From an uncultured Verrucomicrobiae bacterium (GTDB taxonomy: Bacteria; Verrucomicrobiota; Verrucomicrobiia; Opitutales; JABDGR01): 64,000 nucleotides of DNA. A program made the translations under genes and the position numbers. Below, piece by piece: positions 12,063 to 22,545 of this stretch; the first letter of the stretch is position 1; every line of letters starts with the position of its first letter. Below the pieces are notes generated by a model. The model was not told the origin of the DNA. It saw nothing but the letters and a program-made list of their open reading frames with translations, and made no database searches. Location of the stretch: assembly GCA_963765205.1 (NCBI GenBank), contig CAVXVB010000009.1, positions 480,001 to 544,000 of the forward strand. The letters run 5' to 3'.

Positions 12063-12944
12063 GAGCTTATCCGTAAATAAAAGTTGTTCGTCTGCAAACA
12101 ATAAGCGCGCTGGCGAGACAGAGCAAGGCTTCGTGGGAGGCGGCGGTTTTCTCAAACCGCACGAGGAGTTTGCGGTAGCGGTTGAGCCAGGAAGCGGTGC
12201 GTTCCACCACCCAGCGACGGGCTTGGCCGGTGGATCGGCGCGGGGCTGGTTTGGCTCCGCGGGCAGGCACATGCGGACGGTAGCCGTATTGGCGCATGGT
12301 GCGCAGGCCCGGTTTCCCCCAGTAACCCTTGTCGGCACACAAATGGGCCGTGCGCCGGTCGTGGCGCTGGCGCAACGTGCGGCGCACCAGCGTCACGTCG
12401 TGTTCATTGGCCCCGGCGACGATGAGCGACAGCGGGACGCCACGGGCGTCCACCAGCACGCTGCGCTTGCTCCCATTTTTTTCCCCGGTCGGTGGGGTTG
12501 GCTCCCACCGCTTCGCGCGCCAGAGGGGCCTTGACCAGGGAGCCATCGATGCTTTGCCACCGCCACGCGATGCCCTCCAATTCATCGTAGTCGGCCAGAC
12601 CGGCCCGCCACAACGCCTCGAAGAATCCGGCGGCGTGCCACTGCTGAAAGTATTTGTGCACGGAACTGGCGCTGCCATACCGGGCCTTGGACAGCGCTTT
12701 CCACTGGCAACCCGTGCGCAGCACGTAAACCACCGCCTCGAAGATGCGTCGAGGCGCGAGGGCCTTGCGGCCCGCGCCTGCGGCGCGACGGTAGCGCCCG
12801 CCCGCCTTCCGGCCGGCGCGCGCGGGAACCAAAGGCTCGACTTTGGCCCAGAATTCATCAGAGATTTCCCAGGAGGATAGTCGCGGCATCCCCGCAGTTT
12901 ATCCCGCCGCCTTCTCAACGCAATCCTTATTTACGGATAAGCTC
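12063..12944 (-). mobile_element. IS5-family insertion sequence, 882 bp
   Basis: Perfect 18-bp IR GAGCTTATCCGTAAATAA (12063-12080) / TTATTTACGGATAAGCTC (12927-12944); TAA duplicated at 12060-12062 and 12945-12947. Confidence 0.95.
12067..12889 (-). CDS. IS5-family transposase, two ORFs joined by a probable -1 frameshift
   Basis: orfA (12889-12404): YVLRTGCQWKAL, SIDGS, NPTDRGKK. orfB (to 12067): KRSVLVDARGVPL, ADKGY, RWVVERTASWLNRYRKL. A7 run at 12476-12482 at the junction. Confidence 0.92.
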
Positions 12945-13377
12945 TAAGATGAAATTCGCAATGACATTTTGAAACGCCTTCCAGTTTCAGGACTGCAACA
13001 TCAATGCCTGCATTTGTTGGGTGAGTCTTAAATAATACATTACATGTGTTAGGGTCGTTGTCTCCATCTAGGAGTGAAGTTCGATGCTTAAACCAAAACC
13101 CATGAATTTTGACCCAATTAGGCAGTGAACGTTCGGTATGAATTATTTTATTTGTTTCTGGGTTTCTGCCTGTAAGATTATGTCTGGCTGTGACAAGATA
13201 AAATCGATGGTGTAAATCGCTAATAATAATTCCAGTCCCTGTTGCTAAGTCTGTAGCTGTGTCTTCAGAGTGACCAGGAATTTGAAATTGCATAGTTAAA
13301 CGAACAACCGCTCTTGAGAGAGGGTCAGCTTCGGCTACCGGATCGTTATAATAGAATGGAGCTGCCATTGGCGTAAT

Positions 13378-14283
13378 TCACTTCTTCGGCAGCAGCTTCA
13401 AATCCACGAGCCAGTCCTGCAGGCGGTCGTTCCAGGTGCTGACGGGGTGGTCGTGAGTTTCGAGCGCAAAACCGTGCGCGCCGTTGGTGTAGATGTGCAG
13501 CTCGGCGGGCATCTGGGCTGTTTGATAGGCGGTGAAAACTTTGATGGCGTTGGCCGCACCGGGGGCGTCTTCAAATGTGCCAGCGAGAAAGAGCGGCGGG
13601 GCGTCTTTCGGGACGGTCAAGGGCGCATCCATTGTGCCGGGGTAGAGAATCACTTCGAAATCGGGGCGCGAGCTGGCGCGTTCGATGGGGTCGGCGGCGT
13701 CGGGCTTCCCGGCGTCGAAGCGCGTGCCCGCATAGGCGGCCATCGCACCGCCGGCGGAAAAGCCCATCAGGCCGATGCGCTTCGGGTCGAGACCCCAGTC
13801 GGCGGCGCAGCTGCGCACGAGGCGCAGGGCGCGCAAGGCGTCGCCAATCGAAGTGTCGAGCGTGTAACTGGGAAAGCCCGGCGTCTTCGAGAGCCGGTAT
13901 TTCACGACGAAGGCGGAGACGCCGATTTTGTTGAGCCAGAGCGCGATGTCGCGCCCCTCGTGGTCAATGGTCAGCGTGTTAAAGCCGCCGCCGGGGCAGA
14001 CGAGCACCGCCGCGCCGGTCGCGGTTTCCTTCGGCGCGGGGAAGACATAGACCGACGGGTAATGCACGGGCGAGAGGTGGCCGTGCGGGCTGCGCGCGGT
14101 GGGCGGCGAATAATTTTCCCGGGCGGTGATGCCTTCGGAGCCGGGCGCGCCGTTGGGCCAGAGCAAAATTTCCGGGGTGCCGGGCCACGGCGGCGTCAGC
14201 GCCGGCACTTGATAATCGGCGGCGTGCGCCAGAGTTGATAAACCTAGTGCGAGCGACAATAACAAGAGGCGGGGGGATTTCAT
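13378..14283 (-). CDS. secreted alpha/beta hydrolase (esterase)
   Basis: Signal peptide; CPGGGF, GFSAGG nucleophile elbow, HGF. Confidence 0.9.
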   Translation of the reverse strand: MKSPRLLLLSLALGLSTLAHAADYQVPALTPPWPGTPEILLWPNGAPGSEGITARENYSPPTARSPHGHLSPVHYPSVYVFPAPKETATGAAVLVCPGGGFNTLTIDHEGRDIALWLNKIGVSAFVVKYRLSKTPGFPSYTLDTSIGDALRALRLVRSCAADWGLDPKRIGLMGFSAGGAMAAYAGTRFDAGKPDAADPIERASSRPDFEVILYPGTMDAPLTVPKDAPPLFLAGTFEDAPGAANAIKVFTAYQTAQMPAELHIYTNGAHGFALETHDHPVSTWNDRLQDWLVDLKLLPKK

Positions 14284-15278
14284 GGCGTGGTGGATTTGGG
14301 TTTGGAAGGTGTGGTAGTGGACGCAGCGGCCTTCGCGGCCGCGCCGGGGGTGGTCAGGCTTTCAACCGGCGCGAAATCGTCTGTCAACAGCGGCGCGGTG
14401 AGGTAATTTTTCGGGGGCGTGGATTGGAGATTATCAAGGCGGTCAAGGAAATCGGGGAAGGTGATTTTTTTTGCGTCCACCAGCGGCGTGGCGATTTTCT
14501 TCAGCGCGTCGAGGCTGGTGGCGTCCTTCTTGAGCGTGGCGACCATGACGACGTTGAGGCTGGTCTGCGCCTGGAAGACATAAACCTGCGCGAAGACCTC
14601 CTTGAGCGTGCGGTAAATCGAGGCGACGATGTCGCTGGTGTTGTAGCCCTGGAGGATGGTGATGACGTTGTAGGCCAGCACGCCGTCGGGCGCGAGGTGT
14701 TCCTTGGCGAGCTGGAAAAATTCCTTCGTCACCAATTCATACGGGATGCTCGCGCCGTAGCGGCCCTGCGTGTAGGCGTCCATCAGGATGGCGTCGTATT
14801 TATTTTTGGTGTGGGTCAGGAATTGGCGACCGTCGAGCACGTCCAGTTTCTGCCGGTCGCCGAGGGTGTAGGCGAAATATTTTTGCGCCACGTCGGCGAC
14901 CATGGGGTCAATTTCCGCAGTCTCCATGGTGACCTCGGGATGGTAATGCGCCATGGCTTTCTGGGTGCTGGCGCCGCCGAGGCCGAGCATGAGGATGTTT
15001 TTGATGTCGGGCTTCCACAGCCAGATCGTCTGGAAATAGTCCGTGTATTCAAACGCGCCGGCAAAGGGATTTTTGACTTCCATGCGCGACTCCATCGTGT
15101 CGTCGAAATAGAGCGTGCGCACGCCGTCCTCATCCACCACGGCGATATTGTGGTAGGGCGAGGTGCCGGTATAGACGATGTCCGTCTCGAGGACAGGGGC
15201 GTTTTGAGCGGACGCGCGCGGCACAGCGGCCAGCGCAAGGACGACGCCGGCGGCCAGGCAGGAAAACAACTTAGGCAT
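14280..15278 (-). CDS. spermidine-synthase-like SAM-dependent transferase domain protein
   Basis: SPYHNIAV, LGLGGAS, EIDPMV, DGRQFL, YDAILMDAY, LTDDFAPVE motifs; N-terminal signal-like segment. Confidence 0.85.
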   Translation of the reverse strand: MPKLFSCLAAGVVLALAAVPRASAQNAPVLETDIVYTGTSPYHNIAVVDEDGVRTLYFDDTMESRMEVKNPFAGAFEYTDYFQTIWLWKPDIKNILMLGLGGASTQKAMAHYHPEVTMETAEIDPMVADVAQKYFAYTLGDRQKLDVLDGRQFLTHTKNKYDAILMDAYTQGRYGASIPYELVTKEFFQLAKEHLAPDGVLAYNVITILQGYNTSDIVASIYRTLKEVFAQVYVFQAQTSLNVVMVATLKKDATSLDALKKIATPLVDAKKITFPDFLDRLDNLQSTPPKNYLTAPLLTDDFAPVESLTTPGAAAKAAASTTTPSKPKSTTP

Positions 15279-15936
15279 GGGGCGGGGGTGGGGCAGGGGT
15301 GGGGGAAGGGCTGGCGAGGTCCGGCGGGCGCAGCCAACTATTGAGCGCGACGCAGGCCGCCGCCAAGACGATAATTGCGCAGCCGGTCACGTAGAAAATG
15401 ACCGTCAGCGAGGCGGTTTGCAGCAAAATATAGCCCGACACAAAGACGCCCGCGATGCTGCCAACGGTGCTGGCCGCGAAAATCAACCCGCTGGCGCGGC
15501 CGACCTGGGCGATGTTGCGCGCGCAAATCTGCGTCACATAGGGCGAGAGCATGGCCAGCAGCACACAGGGGAAGAGAAACACGACCGCGCTGCCCAGCAC
15601 CGGGTCGAGAAACTGGCGCAACGGGGTCAGCTCGACGCCCGGCGGAGTGCTGACCGCGTTGATGAGGTGGTCGGCGAAATTCGGGATGTTAAAGGTGAAT
15701 AGACCCGCGGGAAACAGCAGCCAGGCCAGGTAGCCGAGCCGCCGCCAGCGATCGGCCAGGATGCCGCCCCAATAATATCCCAGCGCGAGCGCGACCATGA
15801 CCAGGCCGATCTGGTTCACCCAGACGTAATACGACGTGCCAAAATGCGGCGCGAGAAACCGCGTGCCGATGATCTCGAGCACCATGATGGCGAAGCCGCC
15901 GACAAAGACGAGGCACGCTGCCGCAAAGGAACGCAT
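15271..15936 (-). CDS. membrane domain of fused MFS/spermidine synthase family
   Basis: GFAIMVLEIIGTRFLAPHFGTSYYVW, ALALGYYWGGILADR, STVGSIAGVF; about 6 TM. Confidence 0.85.
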   Translation of the reverse strand: MRSFAAACLVFVGGFAIMVLEIIGTRFLAPHFGTSYYVWVNQIGLVMVALALGYYWGGILADRWRRLGYLAWLLFPAGLFTFNIPNFADHLINAVSTPPGVELTPLRQFLDPVLGSAVVFLFPCVLLAMLSPYVTQICARNIAQVGRASGLIFAASTVGSIAGVFVSGYILLQTASLTVIFYVTGCAIIVLAAACVALNSWLRPPDLASPSPTPAPPPPHA

Positions 15937-16021
15937 CGGGGGAACATGGATAAACACCGATGCTGAGTCAAAGTTTGTATATTGTCGGCGATGATACAGA
16001 TTGACTCGTCTTCGATATAGG

Positions 16022-16402
16022 TTACTTGCCTGGGCGGTGGCGTCTGATGATGGGGGCCGGAGGAATTTTATTCGATTCCCGGGGGCGGCGCGGGCCGGTT
16101 GGGTAGGTGGAGCGAGCCGCCAGTTCGTGGCTGTGCACGGGATTGAGATTCGCGACTTGGTTGCACAGATCACGCAGGTCGCTCACTTTTCTTATCAACG
16201 GATCCACGGTGCGGATTGAATGTGGTTCATTGGGCCGGGCGGCGGCGCTTTTGGCGAGGGGTGGCTTTTTTGGACTTTCTTTCGTCACGACTTGGGCGCG
16301 CCGGGCTTCTTCGCGCCGGGCGGCTTGGCGCACCGGCTCCATCCGGAGGAAGAAGTCCCGGAGGTCGCTCACTTCGCGGATCGTTTGTTCGAGGTTGGTC
16401 AT
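16022..16402 (-). CDS. hypothetical protein with internal duplicated motif
   Basis: AAGGAGG SD before the ATG at 16402; IREVSDLRD and IRKVSDLRD repeats. Confidence 0.55.
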   Translation of the reverse strand: MTNLEQTIREVSDLRDFFLRMEPVRQAARREEARRAQVVTKESPKKPPLAKSAAARPNEPHSIRTVDPLIRKVSDLRDLCNQVANLNPVHSHELAARSTYPTGPRRPRESNKIPPAPIIRRHRPGK

Positions 16403-16457
16403 TTGATTCCCCTCCTTCGCCAAGGCACAGAGGGCGAACGAAGGTGAGTCCGGCGGC

Positions 16458-17867
16458 TCACACGTCATAATACATATGGAATTCGTGCGGGTGCGGGCGC
16501 AGGCGGACGGCGTCGTATTCGGCTTTTTTGAGGGCGATGTAGTTGTCGAGGAAGTCCTTGGTGAAGACGTTGCCTTTGAGGAGGAAGGCGTGGTCGGCTT
16601 CGAGGGCTTCGAGCGCGCCTTTGAGGGACTCGGGGACGGTCTTGATGAGGGCGGCTTCCTCGGGTTCGAGGTCGTAGAGGTTTTTGTCCATCGGGGCGCC
16701 GGGATCAATTTTGTTTTTGATGCCGTCGAGGCCGGCCAGCAGCAGCGCGGAGAAGGCGAGGTAGGGGTTGGCGGCCGGGTCGGGGCAGCGGAACTCGACG
16801 CGCTTGGCTTTCGGGCTGGGGCTGTAGGTCGGAATGCGGCAGATGGCGGAGCGGTTGCGCGCCGAGTAAGCGAGATTCACCGGCGCTTCAAAACCCGGCA
16901 CGAGGCGTTTATATGAATTGTTGGTCGGATTCGTGATGGCGCAGAGAGCCGGGCAGTGTTTGAGCAAACCGCCAATGAAGTAGAGCGCGTTTTTGGACAA
17001 GCCAGCGTAGCCGTCACCGTGGAAGGTGGGCTTGCCGGCTTTCCAGAGCGAGATGTGCGTGTGCATGCCGGAGCCGTTGTCGCCGAAGAGGGGCTTGGGC
17101 ATGAAGGTCGCGGTCTTGCCGTGTTTGATGGCGACGTTTTTGACCACATATTTATACACGCACATTTTGTCGGCGCATTTCAGGAGCGGGCTGAAGCGGA
17201 TGTCAATTTCAGCCTGGCCGGCGGTGGCGACCTCGTGATGCTCGCGCTCGATGTCAATGCCCAGTTCCATCATGGTGAGGATCATCTCATTGCGAATGTC
17301 CACGAGTTTGTCATTCGGCGCGACGGGGAGGTAGCCCTCCTTGTGGCGGATTTTGTAGCCGAGGGAGGGGAACTCCTCCTTGCCGGTGTTCCAAATGCCC
17401 TCGTTGGAGTCCACGGAGTAAAAGGCATTGTTGCTCGCGCCGCCGAAGCGCACGTCGTCAAAGATGAAGAATTCCGCCTCGGGGCCGCAGTAGCAGGTGT
17501 CGCCAGCGTCGGTGGTTTTCAAATACGCCTCGGCTTTTTTGGCGATGCCGCGCGGGGAGCGGTCATACGGCTCGCGGGTGAGCGGGTCTTCGACATCGCA
17601 AATGAGGCTGAGGGTGGGATACTTGGTGAAGGGGTCCACAAACGCCGTGCCGGGGTCGGGCATGACGAGCATGTCCGAGGCCTCGATGCCTTTCCAGCCG
17701 CGGATGGACGAGCCGTCAAAGCCGATGCCGTCCGTGAAAATGCCCTCGGTCAACTCATTGGTGGGAATGGCGAAGTGTTGCCAGGTGCCATGAATATCGC
17801 AGAACTTGAGGTCCACGATTTTGATGTCTTTGGCTTTGGCCAAAGCGAGAACTTCTTTGGGGGTCAT
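16458..17867 (-). CDS. glnA: glutamine synthetase type I (GSI-beta)
   Basis: [47 protein letters not shown], adenylylation motif NLYDL. Confidence 0.98.
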   Translation of the reverse strand: MTPKEVLALAKAKDIKIVDLKFCDIHGTWQHFAIPTNELTEGIFTDGIGFDGSSIRGWKGIEASDMLVMPDPGTAFVDPFTKYPTLSLICDVEDPLTREPYDRSPRGIAKKAEAYLKTTDAGDTCYCGPEAEFFIFDDVRFGGASNNAFYSVDSNEGIWNTGKEEFPSLGYKIRHKEGYLPVAPNDKLVDIRNEMILTMMELGIDIEREHHEVATAGQAEIDIRFSPLLKCADKMCVYKYVVKNVAIKHGKTATFMPKPLFGDNGSGMHTHISLWKAGKPTFHGDGYAGLSKNALYFIGGLLKHCPALCAITNPTNNSYKRLVPGFEAPVNLAYSARNRSAICRIPTYSPSPKAKRVEFRCPDPAANPYLAFSALLLAGLDGIKNKIDPGAPMDKNLYDLEPEEAALIKTVPESLKGALEALEADHAFLLKGNVFTKDFLDNYIALKKAEYDAVRLRPHPHEFHMYYDV

Positions 17868-18021
17868 GGTGTTTTTTGGTTCGATGCTGAATGGAATAAT
17901 GGGTATGGTCGGGCGCGTCAATCTTGTCAACAGCGACGCAGCCGACCCCTGCGGGAACCGGCGCAGTGTATAAAAAATGCCTGATTTGATGAAGGTGTTT
18001 TGTTGACTGGATGGAAATTTT

Positions 18022-19983
18022 ATGAAAAATGGCGAGCACACGATTTTTATTGAAACACCGACGGTATCCTGGCTGACGGTGCTGCTGGGTGGTGCCTTGG
18101 TGGCGGGTAATGTGGTGGAATTGGGTGGGGTGGAACCGGCGGCCCGCGAATGGTCGGCCTGGATGCTGGCGGGGCTGGTGGTGGTGCATGGGGTAAGCAT
18201 GGCCTGGCGGTGGGGAGTGGAGCAGGAGGATCTGCGCCTGCCACGATGGCCGTTATGGGCGGCGACGATCGTGCTTGGTCTCTGGTTTGCCTGGTGGCAC
18301 GACCAGGCGCACCCGATGCGCTCCGGCCACCTGTTTTTTTTGGCGGCTGAAGCGTGGTTGTTATGCTGGATTGTGGCGGCAACCCCCGGAGGGCGCGCGT
18401 TATCCTGGGCCTGGTTGCTGGTGGTGGTCATGGCGGCGGGGCTGGCCTTGGCGGCGGCCGTGGGCTGGCAAGCGCGCAGGAGTGGGTTGTGGTTGCCGAT
18501 GGAGCGGCAATTGCCCGCGATGTGGAGGGGAGACTGGAGCGGGACGCTGCCATCGCCCGCTGCGTTCGGGGTGCTGATGTTGCTGGCCGGGCCGGTGTTG
18601 TTGGTCATGGCTGGGTCGCGCCACCTGCCATTTTTTTGGAGGGTATTTTCCGCGATGGGAGGGTTAATCATGCTAGTGGGCGCTCTGCATACATTTTGCC
18701 TGGGCGTATGGTTAGGGGTGGTGATGGCGGTGGGTGTATCGCCGTGGGTGGTGACGAATTCCCGCGTGGGGCGGTATGTTGGGTGGGGCTGTGCTATGGC
18801 ATTTTTGGCCGGGGCGGTGATTTATTTGCATGAAGCCCGGATCCCGGGTGAGTCCTGGCTGGCGCCACTTTTGACGGGGGAAACGCCGTTGGATGCCACC
18901 CGGGTTGCGTTGGCCGAGGCCTGGCAGCACAATCCATGGCTGGGTGGGAGTGGGGAGACAGTGTCCGATTTGGCCCGCGCGGCTGATTGGCCGCTACCGG
19001 ATGGTGGGTGGAGTTATTGTTTTAGCGATTGGTTGGAATTGGCGGTGGCGTGGGGCATGGGCGGGGTGGCGCTGGCGGCAGTTGTTTTGGGTGGGTTGTT
19101 ATGGGCGGCCTGGTCAAGTTGGGCGCGGCTGCCGTTTTCCGTTGCGCCGGAAGCCGCCTATGAGATGTCCGCAGTCGGGCCAAGGGGTGGTTTGACGGCA
19201 AAAGGGACCTACACGCCCGAGGCCAAGGTGTTGCTGGCGGCCGGGGCGCTGGGCTTGTCGGCGGTGGTGGTGGCGATGACTGCGTGCCGGGCTTGGAATA
19301 TTCCGGCGGTGGTGTTCGTTTTTGCAGTGGTGGTCGGGGTGGTGGCACGCAATGTCCCGCAGCGCGGCGGGTCGGTGCGGTTGGAGGCCGAGACGCGCGG
19401 CACACTGGGACTCGGTCTGGCGGCGATGGCGTCAATGCTGCTAGCGGGGAAGGTCGCGCCAGCATGGGCGGCGCAGGGTAAGCTGGATGAAGCGCAGGAG
19501 TTCTTGGTGGAAATTGACGCACAGCCCAATGCGGAATTACTGGCGCAAGCGGCGGCAGACTTGCGCGAGGTGCTGGCCTGGCAGCCCGGCAATGGGCGGG
19601 CGCTGACCGGGCTGGCCTGGTTGGATATGGAATGGGCGCGGCTAGATCCCGGGCAATTCACTATTTACAGCGAAAGGGCGGAAAACAACGCGGTGCGCGC
19701 GATTGAATTTGCGCCGCAGGCACCTGAGCCGTGGATTGTGCGAGGGCTGGCGTGCCTGCTGGTCAACCGGGTGGCGGACGCGTGTAATCACCTCGGCCAT
19801 GCCCTCGATTTGGCCCCACACAATCCCGAGGCGCAATATTACGCGAGCACCATACTCCTGGCCGAGACGGGTGCGAAGAATGGGCCGTTAATGATGCGGA
19901 TGCTGCCGCCGCGCTATGAGCCGCCACCATCATGGCCCCCGCTGGATGGCGAGCCGGCGGAGGGCGCCCGGCCGCCGCCGTGA
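18022..19983 (+). CDS. O-antigen ligase-like polytopic membrane protein with C-terminal TPR
   Basis: About 12 TM segments, [12 protein letters not shown] and [14 protein letters not shown] (Wzy_C-like) elements, TPR-like C-terminus. Confidence 0.65.
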   Translation: MKNGEHTIFIETPTVSWLTVLLGGALVAGNVVELGGVEPAAREWSAWMLAGLVVVHGVSMAWRWGVEQEDLRLPRWPLWAATIVLGLWFAWWHDQAHPMRSGHLFFLAAEAWLLCWIVAATPGGRALSWAWLLVVVMAAGLALAAAVGWQARRSGLWLPMERQLPAMWRGDWSGTLPSPAAFGVLMLLAGPVLLVMAGSRHLPFFWRVFSAMGGLIMLVGALHTFCLGVWLGVVMAVGVSPWVVTNSRVGRYVGWGCAMAFLAGAVIYLHEARIPGESWLAPLLTGETPLDATRVALAEAWQHNPWLGGSGETVSDLARAADWPLPDGGWSYCFSDWLELAVAWGMGGVALAAVVLGGLLWAAWSSWARLPFSVAPEAAYEMSAVGPRGGLTAKGTYTPEAKVLLAAGALGLSAVVVAMTACRAWNIPAVVFVFAVVVGVVARNVPQRGGSVRLEAETRGTLGLGLAAMASMLLAGKVAPAWAAQGKLDEAQEFLVEIDAQPNAELLAQAAADLREVLAWQPGNGRALTGLAWLDMEWARLDPGQFTIYSERAENNAVRAIEFAPQAPEPWIVRGLACLLVNRVADACNHLGHALDLAPHNPEAQYYASTILLAETGAKNGPLMMRMLPPRYEPPPSWPPLDGEPAEGARPPP

Positions 19984-20042
19984 AAAATTTCGATTCTTAA
20001 GAGTTGGCTCAAGTCGGGGTGTGGTTTATAAATGAAACGGTC

Positions 20043-22532
20043 ATGGCTGCTCCCCGCCAATTTCCCCTGCGACTGGCATTGCTGCTGGCGTTAGTTCCTT
20101 TGGCGTGGTGGGGGCTGGATTATTTGAAGGTCTTTGGCCGCATCAACAATCTGGCCGAGTCCTGGATGTATCAGTTCCGCGGCGAGATTCCCGCAACGGA
20201 CAACACCAAGCCCGGCCACCCACCGTTGAAGATTATTTATGTGGATGTGGACGGCCCCACCGTCAAATTTCTCGGTGAGCGCCCTTGGTCGCGGGAATAT
20301 TACGCGAGGATCATCAACGCCTTGTTTGAATATGGGGACATCAAGGCGGTGGGGCTCGACTTTGTGCTTTCGCCCGCCGGAGTCCTGTCGGGGATGTTGG
20401 ACCAGCAAAAGGTACATAATAACGACAACCTTCTGGGCACGGCCATGGAGAAATATCCCGGTGCGATCATTGCGACTGTGTATAGTGAGGTCCCGCATTC
20501 TGCGGCTGCCGTTAAAGACCTGCCTGCGACTTCGGCGCTCAAGCAGGCGGATTTCCCCTACATTTACTTGGGGTATGTGGACCCGGCCAAGAACGGCTAT
20601 CCAGAAAGCCCGACTTTCCCCCTAATCAATCCGGATCGCATTCACACCGGGATGATTGACGTGGCAACGGATTATAATGGCGACGGCGTGGCGGATTCCG
20701 TGCCGCGCTGGGTGCCGCTGTTTGCCGAGACCATCGGCCCGGACCACACGAACAACATCGTCAGTGGCTATCTAAAGTTTACGTATCCTGATGATAAAGA
20801 CTTAAACGGTACAGATTCGCCGTCGCCCTTGCGCATGGACCAAGGCAATACGACCCTGGTGCTTGATCCGAATGGCGGGCCACCGTTCAAGATGCCCAAA
20901 ATTCAGGACGTAACCTTCTATAATCTTTCCATCAAGCTGGCGCTGGCCTATCTCGGACTGGACGAAAGGAATATCAAACGCAGTCCGAACGATCTGCAAA
21001 TTGTGGACAGTGCCGGCAAAGTGCTGGTTGACATTCCCATGCGCGAGCAACAATTGCTGGAGGTCAACTGGTTTTCCAAATGGATCAACCCTGTGCTCAA
21101 TCCACGTTACAGTTTTCTGCAAGTAATGGACCATGGCAGCAAATGGGAAACGGGCACGCCGGAACAGAAGGCCGCAGCGAAAGAATTTTTCCAGCCGTTC
21201 AAGGATGCCATCGTGCTCGTCGGCCCGGTGGATCCCATTTTGCAGGATTTGGCCCCCACGCCATTCGACGCGGAGAACCAGCCCAAGGTCGGGGTTTACG
21301 GCAATCTGCTGAAGACGATTTTCACGGGCGATTATATCCTCCGGCCACCCGGCTGGGTGCCGGTCGTGCTGCAATTCATGCTCACTTTGGTCGTGGCCGG
21401 CCTGGCGGTTTATAGCGGGCGCGGGGCGGGTCTGGCCAAGGTGGCGGCGGTGGTGGTGCTGCTGGCCTACATCCTTGGGGTGTTTGAGACGTTCGCGCAT
21501 TTTACTTTGATGCTCCCGCTAATGGTCCCCGTTGGGTCGGCGTTTAGCACGGCGTTTATCGGCGCGGTGGCGCGCTTGGAAGCCGAGGAAAAGCAAAAGA
21601 AGCGCATCAAGGGCATGTTCGCGACCTACCTGGCACCCGAAGTCGTGAATGAAATGGCCGACTCCGATCAGGAGCCGCAACTGGGCGGCCACAGTGTCTT
21701 TATCACTTGTTTCTTCAGCGACGTGCAGAGCTTCTCCGCTTTTTCCGAGGTGCTCACGCCGGCCAAGTTGGTGGACTTGATGAACGAATACCTCACGGCC
21801 ATGACCGACATACTGCAGGCCGAGCGCGGTTCGCTCGACAAGTTTATCGGCGACGCCATCGTGGCCATGTATGGCGCGCCGATTACGCTCACGGACCATG
21901 GGTTGCGTGCGAGTGTCGCCGCCTGCCGGATGCAAAAGCGGCTCGGCGAATTGCGCCAGAAATGGATTGGCGAGGGCGACAAGTGGCCCGACCGCGTCCA
22001 TAACATGCGGATGCGCATCGGCCTGAACACCGGCGACGCCACCGTGGGCAACATGGGCTCGGCCACGCGCTTCAATTACACGATGATGGGCGACACCGTG
22101 AACCTCGCCGCCCGCTGCGAGAGCGGCGCCAAGCACTTCGGCGTGTATACCATGTGTACGGAGGACACCAAGAAAAATGCGGAGGAAAAGGGCAACCAGA
22201 TTCTTTTCCGGCGCCTCAATAAAATCAAAGTCAAGGGCCGCTCCACCCCGGTCGAAGTTTACGAAATTGTCTGCTTCCGCGAGGAGGCGACGCCGGACAC
22301 GTTGCGCTGCGTCGAACTGTTTGAGCAGGCCTTGCACCTTTATTTTGCGCAAAAGTGGGACGAGGCGAAAGCGCTTTTTGCCGAGGCGCAAAAACTGGAG
22401 CCCCTCCAGCCCGGCCGCGACGCAGGCGTCGCGCACAACCCCTCCGAGCTCATGCAGGAAAAGTGCGACGAAATGAAGGCCCACCCGCCCGCGTCAAACT
22501 GGAACGGCGTCGAGGAAATGACGGAGAAGTGA
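20043..22532 (+). CDS. CHASE2-domain class III adenylate cyclase
   Basis: PWSREYYA, VGLDFVLS (CHASE2); 3 TM; FFSDVQSFS, DKFIGDAI, MRIGLNTG, YTMMGDTVNLAARCE, IKVKGR. Confidence 0.93.
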   Translation: MAAPRQFPLRLALLLALVPLAWWGLDYLKVFGRINNLAESWMYQFRGEIPATDNTKPGHPPLKIIYVDVDGPTVKFLGERPWSREYYARIINALFEYGDIKAVGLDFVLSPAGVLSGMLDQQKVHNNDNLLGTAMEKYPGAIIATVYSEVPHSAAAVKDLPATSALKQADFPYIYLGYVDPAKNGYPESPTFPLINPDRIHTGMIDVATDYNGDGVADSVPRWVPLFAETIGPDHTNNIVSGYLKFTYPDDKDLNGTDSPSPLRMDQGNTTLVLDPNGGPPFKMPKIQDVTFYNLSIKLALAYLGLDERNIKRSPNDLQIVDSAGKVLVDIPMREQQLLEVNWFSKWINPVLNPRYSFLQVMDHGSKWETGTPEQKAAAKEFFQPFKDAIVLVGPVDPILQDLAPTPFDAENQPKVGVYGNLLKTIFTGDYILRPPGWVPVVLQFMLTLVVAGLAVYSGRGAGLAKVAAVVVLLAYILGVFETFAHFTLMLPLMVPVGSAFSTAFIGAVARLEAEEKQKKRIKGMFATYLAPEVVNEMADSDQEPQLGGHSVFITCFFSDVQSFSAFSEVLTPAKLVDLMNEYLTAMTDILQAERGSLDKFIGDAIVAMYGAPITLTDHGLRASVAACRMQKRLGELRQKWIGEGDKWPDRVHNMRMRIGLNTGDATVGNMGSATRFNYTMMGDTVNLAARCESGAKHFGVYTMCTEDTKKNAEEKGNQILFRRLNKIKVKGRSTPVEVYEIVCFREEATPDTLRCVELFEQALHLYFAQKWDEAKALFAEAQKLEPLQPGRDAGVAHNPSELMQEKCDEMKAHPPASNWNGVEEMTEK

Positions 22533-22545
22533 GGGAATGGAAGAG

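Larger units (their letters stand above)
11659..13368 (-). pseudogene. trypsin-like serine protease, interrupted by IS5-family element
   Basis: N-half has TARH (His) and DVAVL (Asp); C-half has VGYPLG and GISGSPV (Ser). Removing the IS plus one TAA restores an in-frame 274-aa ORF. Low GC. Confidence 0.9.

Noticed and set aside
17868..18671. Apparent 268-aa N-terminal extension of GlnA in the ORF track
   Set aside because: Overlaps the divergent gene at 18022; GS homology begins at MTPKEV (17867)
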